From Macrostomum lignano (taxonomy: Eukaryota): a stretch of DNA of 64,000 nucleotides. Shown here piece after piece: positions 50,401 to 61,100 of this stretch; position 1 is the first letter of the stretch, and each line of letters starts with the position of its first letter. The translations under genes and the position numbers were made by a program. The notes beneath the pieces are model-generated. The model ran no database searches. It had not been told where the DNA came from and saw nothing but the letters and a program-made list of their open reading frames with translations. The DNA is taken from assembly GCA_002269645.1 (NCBI GenBank), contig NIVC01000130.1, forward strand, positions 682,001 through 746,000. The letters are read 5' to 3'.

Positions 50401-52697
50401 ATTGCTAGTATCAATCTGAAATCAATCCGACATCAACCTGACATCCATCAGATATCAATCTGACATCATAACTAAGCATCAGTCTGGCATCATCACTAAG
50501 CCTCAGTCTGACATCATGACTAAGCATCAGTCTGACATCATGACTAAGCATCAGTCTGACATCATGGCTAAGCCTCAGTCTGACATCATGACTAAGCCTC
50601 AGTCTGACATCATGACTAAGCCTCAGTCTGACATCATGACTAAGCCTCAGTCTGACATCATGGCTAAGCATTAGTCTTACATCATGGCTGAGCATCAGTC
50701 TGACATCATCACTAAGCATCAGTCTGACATCATGACTAAGCATCAATCAGACACCTCGTGACTAAGCATCAATCAGACACCTCGTGACTAAGCATCAATC
50801 AGACACCTCGTGACTAAGCATCAATCAGACACCTCGTGACTAAGCATCAATCAGACACCTCGTGACTAAGCATCAATCAGACACCTCGTGACTAAGCATC
50901 AATCAGACACCTCGTGACTAAGCATCAATCAGACACCTCGTGACTAAGCATCAATCAGACACCTCGTGACTAAGCATCAATCAGACACCTCGTGACTAAG
51001 CATCAATCAGACACCTCGTGACTAAGCATCAATCTGACACCTCGTGACTAAGCATCAATCTGACACCTCGTGACTAAGCATCAATCAGACACCTCGTGAC
51101 TAAGCATCAATCAGACACCTCGTGACTAAGCATCAATCAGACACCTCGTGACTAAGCATCAATCAGACACCTCGTGACTAAGCATCAATCAGACACCTCG
51201 TGACTAAGCATCAATCAGACACCTCGTGACTAAGCATCAATCAGACACCTCGTGACTAAGCATCAATCTGACACCTCGTGACTAAGCATCAATCTGACAC
51301 CTCGTGACTAAGCATCAATCTGACACCTCGTGACTAAGCAAGAACCTCTCGAAATTATTTGCATGCTTTTTAGCTCATCAGGCCGCAGCACACGTTTAGC
51401 AACAGTTGCTCGAGTTGAGCCAGTGAGGGTTGTACTTTTATTTCGAACAGAAAAACACTCTACCAGTAGTTCAAAGCATATAAAATTCAGGCCCACAATC
51501 TCACGGCTGCGGCCCGCTAACCAATAAATCGATATTGATGAAATGCGCTATACGCAGACACCGGTGCGGCTTGGTTGCTTTTTTTGCTCGAGCCGTCCCT
51601 GAGCACTAGGCAACCTCTCACTCGCTATCCTACCCTCTCTCTCGCGAAGGCCTCACTCCAGGACTCAGCTGGGTTAAACTGATCGCTCATTTCTACTTTC
51701 CTTTCCTATATGCATACATATATGTTTATAACAGCGCTGCAGAGTGTTGGCTGATAGCTAAAACACTATACACTGTATGCCGCATATGCATACGATATTA
51801 TGCTACATCGAGATGCTGATGCCACAAATCCCTTAATGGCCATGGACGCGTTTGTTCGCCTTGCGTAGCCTCCACTGTGAAAGTCTTTTTTGCTTCTGCT
51901 TAAAAAAGTGAAGAGAATGCGAGAGACGAGAGAGATGAGAGAGAGAGAGACAGAACGCTCTTACCACGTAACTTACACAGCCATAAAATTCTAGCCAAGA
52001 CGAGAACAAGAAATTCGCTTCTTGACATCTGAAGCGTAATTTTGGGTTTAAACTTCTGCCCTTTCATGGTAGGCTACCGTTCGGGATTATATAGTTTAAT
52101 TCTTGAAATTCTGGATTGCTACTGTATCGCTACTGATGAGGAAGGAGGCTGAAACTAAATTATCAAACATTAGTATCGGATATATGCATGTTGATAAAGA
52201 TCAATATCACTTTTCTGCCCGAGAATCCGTTGGTAAACTCTACGATTATGGGTCTGCCACAACCTACACTTTGCTCCTACATGCTACGAATGAAAAAAAT
52301 GTTGTATTTTGGCAATATCATGAAAAAATGCCTTCTGCAAAGCTGCGAAACTTATTTATAGAAGTATGCGAGCAATATCTTCGGATTGAAGCTTAAATTA
52401 ATATCTGATATTAAATATCCGCAGGAGGGCTGTGGGGATCCTTGCGCAACACCTGCCCGTTTCCCGTTTCTGATCCTCAGGTAGAGCTGCAGTTTACAGC
52501 TCTGCGTAGACCGAGTAGTTTTGTTTGGTCAAGGGGTCGGCAAACTCCGACCGGGGAAGCCTCAAGGACCACTAGAAGTTACTTTTGTAACGGTAACTTC
52601 TAGTAGTCCTTGGGAAGCCTCTCTATCTGGCCCTCAGGTTCTTTGAAACTTCACAATAGCAATCCGGCCCACTCACGGTTTGTGTCTCTTCTCAGCT

Positions 52698-52774
<77 letters not shown>

Positions 52775-55700
52775 TCTTCTCTCCTTTCATCTCTCATCTC
52801 ATCTATTCTCTCATCTTCTCTTTCCTCTTCTCTATTCCCTCTACTTTCCTGGCCTTTTCTAACCCTTGAGGAAATCCACCTTCCTTCATCGGATAGGTCA
52901 TATTTTTGCTATATGGCCACCTTGAATGGATGCTTCAAGTCATAAGCATGCATTGCTAATGCCAATAGAACTGTCAATCATAGTTCTCGATGCAATCGTC
53001 AGGTGTTTTTCTGACTATCGTTTTAATGTTTTTATTCATCTGGCTGAAGTTGAAAAAAGCACTTAGTTGGCTCCGGGGACTAATAGAATGCCACTCATGT
53101 AAACTATAAATCTACGATCTATTTCATCCTGTTTCACTCTGTCCCAAATGAAAAACGAAACAGTCCGTTAATGAGCCTTGTAGATTGATTGTAGATTATT
53201 CCGGTAATGAATTAAACGAACATTATTAAGCTTTGGGCTTATTTGTAAATTCTACTCTGAATAGTTCTTTAGCGCGTGCTATGGCTCCTTTTAAATCGCA
53301 TCTTTTATAGAGGCCGTGGGCTGTGTGCACTCTGGCGCACTTTAAGCGACATTGTCACACAATCTGCACGAGAGGCATTGCTGCCCATTCGGCCGACTCC
53401 CCTGAGCAGGCTCACAAGCGTAAGGATACGTACGCAGTCATACGCACAGGCACACACTCACACAGGAGTGTACAGCGGCCCTAACTTATTATCGTTAGGC
53501 ATGTAGACTTCACTGTGCCTTGGGGGTTGGCCCTCAAGGCCGTTAATTGCACGAGCAAAGCCAAGCCGAGATTCCAATTCAGCCCCAAATGTGACTGCAC
53601 TTGGAGTCGAGCCTGGACCGCTGGCACACGAGAGCGCCGCGCTAGACCATTGCTAACGGCCCCATTTTCAAGTTTGAAACTTCGGAGATGACGCGAACAA
53701 ACGAATTCAATTCAATCAACCAAGCAGCCTCTAAACTGAAACTTTTGCAGCCAAAAGTGGCGGCAGCATTCACGAAGTTCTGACACGAACAAGGCACGAT
53801 TTGGTTCGACTCCGGTCGGAATTCGAAGCCCTGAGATCGTGCTACCGGCAGAGCCTTGTTGACGTGAGCCAAATGTTCGCTGAACAGCTCGCTTGTTTGA
53901 AGGTGAGACCGAGAAAAGCCTGGAATTGCCAACATTACCGGTTGAGTGGAGCTTGATTGCAGGAAGGCGTTCAAGGTGACATTCAAGCAGCTTGGCGTTA
54001 TACATGAACAATGGATCTGACTTTCTAAAGTGTACAAGTGTACACAAGGCGCCTCGGGAGAGGGGTGTTCCTATAGGCGTGAGTCGCAAGTCAAGCCCCA
54101 GGAAAGCATTTTTGTGGCTGCTCACGGAACCACGGGTCGGGGCACGAAAGTCAGACGCATTGATCATTAAGCTGCTCTGCGCCTGCTTGCCACCAATTGA
54201 AAACAAACTTTTCTTTTTTAATTGAGTTCTTCGCCATCCCGCAGAAGATGCAGAGCGGTGGCCAAGGTGCGGCACAAAATCACCACAATCACGCGCAACA
54301 TCCGATGCATCTTCCGTTGTCGATGCACCAGGCTCATCCAACTCAGCAGCATCTGCAGTCGAAGCGGCGATCTCAGCTGCGCTCAACATTGCAATCCTAC
54401 CGACAAGAGACTCAAGCAACGGAGCGTCAGTTAGCTGAGTTGGAACAATCTGTGGCGGCAGCAGCGGCAGCTAAGAACGCAACCAGCTCCCAGCCTGTTG
54501 AGAGAACCTGCAAGAGTCTGCAGGACTCGTTAGGCCAAGTAACCAAGTCGCTGATTGGAGCAAAGACAGTCTTTGAGGCCGAGATCAATCGCGGCGTTCG
54601 TGACTTAATTCGGGATGGATTTGAGGATGCCACCACAGCTGAGTAGTAAGGAATTCACCAGCCTATTATAAATGTACCAGGAATGTAAATAAAGCGTAGA
54701 CCAATAGTGGAAACACGGCTTGTAGAAGCGCTACAAATAGCATATAAATAGCATTTCGCACCAATGTATGACACCTCTCAGACTTCTGTTTAACAGTCGC
54801 TTGAAAAGCAACCTTGTTTTCTCTGCAGTTTCGTGAGCCAAGAGCCAACCCGACTGGAGCAGTGCTTTCAAAGATGCCACAAACTCTCGGACGCCATCAA
54901 ATCGTTGAGGTACGTACGAACTTAAAGACACTTTCGCATTCAAAGCTCGTAACAATTTTCAAAAGCTTTACAATGATTAATAATTAATGCTAGACGCAAA
55001 CTGACTGAAATATTCTTAAAGCAGTCAGGTTGCACTCAAAGACACCGTCTAAATCCAGTCAGAAATTCCTTGAGGCATAATAATTTCAACATACACAGCT
55101 TTGAAAAACTGTACTTACAAAAATAAAAGAACCTATATGAACCATCTTGCAGCACGTCCTCGGAGATGGCCAACTCCAGTGGCGAAAGTCGACGCTTTTC
55201 GCCCATTAAGAAGCAGCAGCAGCAGCTCATGAACCAGCTCAAGCCGGCCGAGGCGATGTACCATTCGCAGCCAGAGTTTCGTCCAGCTGTAATTTTTCAC
55301 TCTCAGGTGAGATTTTTCTTTGCAATTTCCTGCTGCGACTAACAGTCATCGGCCGAGCTAATAAAACAATTAACTTTGAACGACAGCAGCCGCAGCAACA
55401 ACCAGAGACGCTGCCTCCGCCGCCTCCGCCGACGCAATCAACTCCAACGCCACCCAGAGTTTTGCCTAAGCCTGGAAGTCACGTGAATCCAACATACGAT
55501 GAATATCTGCTGCCTCCACCGCCGCCACCGTCACAGCCAGCAATGCAGGCCTCTCATCTGACGCAGCTGCAGCAACCGCCAAGCCGGCCAATCAGGCAGC
55601 CAGGACGGCCTCAAGTTGCATTTAGCAACACTGTCAAAGTGGACGATGGTAGCGAAGTTGTCCGACTGAACTGGCCAGACGAGGAGCTTCTCGACAGCGA

Positions 55701-56166
55701 GACAGTCGTTAGAAGGCCTCCCCCAACTAAAATAGTTTCTCAGCCCCAACCGCAGCAGCAGCAGCAGCAGCAGCAGGTGCAGCAGCGAACGCCGCCGCCA
55801 CCACCGCCGCGAAAGTCATCCGCGTCGACTTCGTCTTCGTCGCCACCGCCACCGCCGTTGTCTCTCACCGGGCCTGGCCAGAGACCAAGCGACTATGAGA
55901 ACCTCGACATAGAATCGTTGACCTCTCGACAGCAGTACCACGTGTTCGATATCGATCCGCCAGCGCGCCAGAAACACCCGACAGCTCAGCAGATCAACGG
56001 GCAAGTGCAGCGAACGCCGCAGCATGACATCTGGCTTCGGCAGACGTCGTCAGCAGCACCGTCAGGCTCCGGAAATCAGCACCTGCGCTCCAGGAGCGAG
56101 CCGGATGCGAGCAAAAGTGCTCAGCCGTTGTTTCAGCAGCGTCAGTCCAGTTCGCGTGCTAACTAA
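47440..56166 (+). CDS. SRCIN1/KIAA1217 (AIP3-type coiled-coil) family-like scaffold protein, ~658 aa. Exons 47440-47560, 48746-48878, 49316-49470, 53751-53902, 54245-54645, 54829-54909, 55153-55306, 55387-56166
   Basis: Phases match throughout (1,2,1,0,2,2,0). Coiled coils are present (LTRTRHDLVRLRSEFEALRS; LRSTLQSYRQETQATERQLAELEQ). YFVSQEPTRLEQCFQRCHKLSDAIKSL resembles, from memory, the p140Cap/SKT motif FLKEEPQRLDGLLKRCRGVTDTL. Pro-rich tail. The family call is tentative and the 3' end may splice further. Confidence 0.65.
47685..48580. repeat. 20-bp minisatellite (GGGTGCCCCTGTCTCTTGGT) turning into a 41-bp dimeric variant at ~48280
   Basis: Tandem array in intron 1 of the SRCIN1-like gene. 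Confidence 0.95.
49640..50285. repeat. 18-bp minisatellite (GGGGGATGCTTGCTATCT)
   Basis: Tandem array in intron 3. Confidence 0.93.
50425..51340. repeat. Two-phase minisatellite: 24-bp (GACTAAGCATCAGTCTGACATCAT) then 26-bp (GACTAAGCATCAATCAGACACCTCGT)
   Basis: Switch occurs at ~50745. Confidence 0.93.
52563..52612. mobile_element. 50-bp minimal MITE (20-bp TIR, 8-bp TSD), same termini as the 21122 element
   Basis: CAAGGACCACTAGAAGTTAC-ttttgtaacg-GTAACTTCTAGTAGTCCTTG (19/20 paired); GGAAGCCT at 52555-52562 and 52613-52620. Confidence 0.8.
52696..52771. repeat. (CT)n microsatellite
   Basis: Directly visible. Confidence 0.95.
53305..53663 (-). mobile_element. tRNA-derived SINE, apparently full length
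   Basis: Minus strand begins GGGGCCGTTAGCAATGGTCTAGCGCGGCGCTCTCGTGTGCCAGCGGTCCAGGCTCGACTCC (A-box-like, anticodon-type stem GGCGC/GTGCC, B-box-like). Confidence 0.85.
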
Positions 56167-58161
56167 CTACAAACACACCTTTATTAAAAAATCCAGTATT
56201 TTGACTAATTTTATTGCTAGCTTGTGATAATATTCTTGCCGAAGAAAGAGTATCAAGACCTACCGCTATAGGTGAGTTTGTAACAAAAACTATTTTGGTT
56301 CGACTTCAATATGGGCTCAAATCCGAACTCAGTGAATTTTGTTCAAATTTAGTTCATCACGAAACTTGAAAAGTAGCTTTTTGAACTTCAAAGCCGCTGA
56401 AAACTTTTTTAGATCTGTAATTCTAAAGGGAACAATTTACTAAGCCAGACTGACCTGAGAGCTTGATACTTTGAGAAAGGCTTCAAGTCCACTTCTGCAT
56501 GCTTACCTCGATCTGCTTTTCATATTGTATAGCTAGTGCCTCGGAACAGATCCAGTGAGGATTTTCCGAAGCTGTTTTGGCGCACTGAATGCTTTTGAAC
56601 TATGAGCAGTCCAGCAGGCAAACTCTTTGCTTTAGTTTGAGACGAACTCGATCTATTTTTAAACTCGAAAAACCTGTTTATAACTCGTGATATTGGACCT
56701 ATTGGCATTCGCTGACTGTGTAAGGTCAGGGAGGGGTCCCTGGCCTGGAGAAAAGTGACACGGGTCCATGAGAATTGCCCGCAGACGCTGAATTTCTCCA
56801 GAATGGTAATTCCGATTTTGACAAATTAATTATTCACTTTATTAGCTATATCTTAGAAAGCGATTTGGACTGGGTTGGTAGATTGTCACATCCATGTCTC
56901 CAGGGCTCCCTGTTTAGGGTCTTTTTTGCTTTGTCAGCGTTGTGTAACAGTTATTATTCATTATGTACCTCTTTCGTTATTTTCTTCTTTCATGGTGTTT
57001 AATTAACTACCAAAGCTTGTAGTTGGAACTTCCTTGAGCACAAAGCTGACAGAAGAAAAGATAACTCTAATGACGTCACATTAGGCTCATAGTTCAGATT
57101 TTTATTTCGCATTGAATCCCAGCAGATCGCCGGCAAATCTGCTGACAGAAAAAAATCACATCGATACGTTTATTCAAGCGTGACAACATCGAACAAAACA
57201 TGATATGTGATGTTAGAGTGCCATTTTGTCAGTGTTTTTAAAATGAATTACGCCACAAGAATAATATTTTTCAGAGTATAACAGCAATTATTTGCATCCA
57301 ATAAATCAACAATAAATGCCGTCTGATTCTTCTGCTAATTAAAACAATATACATGTAACAAACCTTATATAGTATGCAGAGAATGAAATTTTCTATTTTT
57401 ATTTTTTACCTCTAATTTAAAGAGTTATAATCTTTGAGACATATCTTTGGTAACTGTATAGTATTGCGTCAGCAGTAACTAATCCACCTTAATAGTACAC
57501 AAGTTGAAGCCATTCAGTGTTATTAAAAGTACAAAGCTTGCAAGGAGTTAGGAGCATGTGTGGTTGAAAGTGCTATAATTATCTGTGATGGCCCCCCATT
57601 TGAAACTGACATCAAAATCGACATCATAAACATCCAAATTTTGTTCAACCCAAGGTTAGGATATGTTAGGAGAAGAGTTTAACAAAAAAGAAATTTGTGC
57701 AAAAAAATCACAACAGCAGCTAAATGCCATCAGAATATAGTGGCGATATTCTATCGAAGGAAACGAGGTGTCCGTAAATAACACTAGGCCATTGTGAGCG
57801 CACAAAGGTCCTTTTATAACAGCATTTACATGTACCATGCAAAAAATAATCAATATCGAATGGATGCGCGCAAATGTTTAAAAGAAAAAATGGGAACCGC
57901 AACAACATTCGCGGGACAATTATCAACAGCTGTTCTCCGCTTTGCGCAAACGTGTGGACAGGTGCAATGCATAGTTTTAAAATCGATACTTTTTCGCTGA
58001 TAAAGACACTAAAAACACTTGAAAATACTTTAAAACTTTGCTGATTGATTGTGCCAGAATAGAAAATGTATATTTGGGAAGTTGTTTTCTATAAGAAAGA
58101 AATAGTCCGAGAGTTTGTATTGACCCCGTACAAAACCATGACGAATAATTAAAATTGTTAA

Positions 58162-61100
58162 TTAGGAAGTGGGGAGCCTTAGTGATTCGCCGACTTCTCC
58201 GCGACTAATTGAGCCACTTGAAGGCGGAGTAGCAACTTCCACAGCTATGGACTGATGCTCGTCATTGGAGACCAATGCGCACACTGCTGTCTCTTGCGGG
58301 TGGCAAGAATCACTAGCAACCGCCGCTCCCTGTGCTGCGGCCTCTTCACCTTCATCATCGAGCTGTTTTGATGTTGTTCAACGTAAGGGTTGAAAATTAA
58401 CTTAATACTTGTAGTCCCGTTGATAAGCTAGAAACCTGGCAGGTTTCATTAAAATATTTGGACCTTGTGAAGCTTCAAGCTTGTGAAGTGTACTGCGTAC
58501 AAAGCGGAACGATATTCTGGGCTATCCTGTGTCATCCTGTGATATCTGTGTCATCCTGTGTCATCTTGTGACATCTGTGCCATCCTGTAATATCCTGTAT
58601 CATCCTGTGTCATCCTGTGTCATCCTGTGTCATCCTTCGCCATCCTGTGATATCCTGTATCATCTTGTGTCATTCTGTGTCATCTTGTGAAACCCTGTGA
58701 CATCCTGTGTCATCATGTGCCATCCTCTGGTAACCTGTGTCATCATGTGACATTCAATGATATGTGTCATTCTGTCATCCCGTGACTCCTGTGACATCCT
58801 GTGACCAGACATCAAATGACTTAACTATGCAGTGCGTAGCATCTTAGCTCTCCTCTGACTTCATCAGGTAATTGTACTCTAAGTTAATTCATTCCTTTTT
58901 CCATTGGGTTCTACCTAACGTGTACTGTAGTATATGAGTAATCTGATGCGCATTCCTAATCTCTTCACTCTTATTAATCAGCTCGATAACCAGTAGTGAA
59001 AAGGTACCAAACTGTGCAAATATGAATAGAAATCTGACATTTCTCACCTCATGCACTCGCCGCTCTTGGATCTCTCGTTGACGCTGCTGCTCACGCTGCT
59101 CTTCCTCCAGCTCGCGTCGGATCTCCTTCTCTAACTCGTCGTCATCAGACATCATTTTGTGCGACTCCTGTTTACGAATCGTTTTTTAATTAAAACTGTT
59201 AACTGTGGATTGCAATAGATTTTACTAGAGTAAAAAGCTTGACGTTATAGTGCCGACTAAAAAGTTTATTTAGACTTTGTGTACTTTTTATCAGAGGCAG
59301 GAGCTGTGTGCACTTTAAGCGACATTGTCACACAGCCTGCGAGAGGCACTACTGCCCGTCCCGCCGACCCCCCTGAGCAGGCACACAAGCGCAAGGATAC
59401 GTACGCAGTCAAACACACAGGCACACACTCACACAGGAGTGTACAGCGGCCCTAACTTTTATTATCGTTAGGCATGTACACTTCACTGTGCCTTCTTGTG
59501 GGTCGGCCCTCAACGGTATTAATTGCCCAAGCAGAGCCAAGCCGAGATTCCAATTTAGCCCCAAATTAATGCGACTGCAGTTGGGAATCGAGCCCGGACC
59601 GCTGGCACGTAAGAGCGCCGGCCCCCTGACTTTGCGTACTTAGCTAATTCCCACCGCAACTCCGTGATCTACGCTCACCTCCAAGTGTTTCATTAGCACA
59701 GCAACCACAACATTCACCAGGACAAACTGCGCCATGAGCACGAATACCACGAAATAGATTGGCGCAATTATAGGCGAGACGCAGCAGTTCTTGACGCAGT
59801 TGTCGCTAGGATCGCATTTCTCCCGCAGGGTGTCCTTCATAATGCCATTCCAGTTGTCTCCAGTGGCAATGCGAAACAGCGTTAGAAATGCCATGCCGAA
59901 GTTTTCGAAGTGGGCGTGTCTGCTCAGGCCGACACACGGATTGTCTAATGAGCACTCTGAAATGAAAAAAATATTATGTTATTATCGTTTTTATAATTTT
60001 GGGGTATTTCAACAAAAATGCTTTTAAAATTATGGGTGCATTAATTATTGGATGGTAAAATTCAAGTCAGTTGTTTAGTATCTTAGTATCTCACCAAGTC
60101 TCCCAAACAGCTCAACGCCCAGAGCGGCAAAGATGAAGAACAATAGAAAGAAGAGCAGACCGAGATTGCCGACCTGCGGCAATGCTTGAATGACGGTGTC
60201 CAGCAGTGCTCTGATGCCTTTGGCCATCTTGAGCAGTTTCAGCACTTGAAAATGAATGTTAACAATTTTTGTGCTCTATTGAATGAAAATTCCTAGGGTA
60301 GGGTTAGAGTAGTATTATGGCTAAAATAATCTCCCTGTCAGCCATAAAAGACTCACGGGGGACATTGCTAAGATGTCAAGGCTTATAGATGATCCGACTT
60401 ATATCTTAGGCTACATAGCTGGCTTTCAGGGCTAAGATGCGGACAGTACAAGGTCATAACCTACGTGTAGTTTATTCAAACATTTTTTGTGGCCTCCCCA
60501 ACGACGTGGGCGCTTATTGGTATTGAAAATTCCAATATAAAACTCATCAACAATAGCTTACCTCTGGCTATTCGAAGAACTCGCATAACCCGAATAATGG
60601 TTGGATTTATTGGAATCAGCGTGTACTGAACCTCCTCCAGAATGATGCCGGCAATGGAAAGTGCAACGATTATTACATCGAGCTGGTTCCATCTGGAGTG
60701 GTTTGGAGTTGACGTGAGCCAAGAGTGCTAAACGTTTGCTAAATTGTTGACACTATTTACGCAACTATATAGATTTCTTACTTATCCTTGAGGTAGCGTT
60801 GCAGCCCGAGAGCAAAAATTTTGAAAATCGCTTCAAATACAAACACGGTTGAAAATGCATAGTTAGTAATCTTGAGTCCCATTTCGAACTCCTGTGGTAA
60901 AATGAATTGATTGTTTTTATTGCGCAGTCTAAACGTCAACAATATTCTCAATTAAAGTTAATACGCTCGTAAAGGCTTACCGGCGGCATCATATAGAATT
61001 CCATCGCCATGGTGATTACGTTGACACCAATAATTGTTGCTATAATTAGGTCAAAGTACTTGCTTTCTACGAATCGGTGCACTGTACGCCGAGTTCTCGA

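Noticed and set aside
52425-52480. Possible 56-nt alternative exon (phase 1 to 0) of the SRCIN1-like gene
   Set aside because: Phases fit, but the splice sites are weak and exon 53751-53902 has the same phases and encodes the expected coiled coil. It needs RNA evidence.
53600-53663. tRNA gene
   Set aside because: Only a degenerate tRNA-like head without a paired acceptor stem, fused to a 300-bp repeat body, so it is a SINE.
53712-54419. 235-aa minus-strand ORF and other antisense ORFs over GC-rich exons
   Set aside because: Shadow frames of real plus-strand exons; no independent splice or domain signal.
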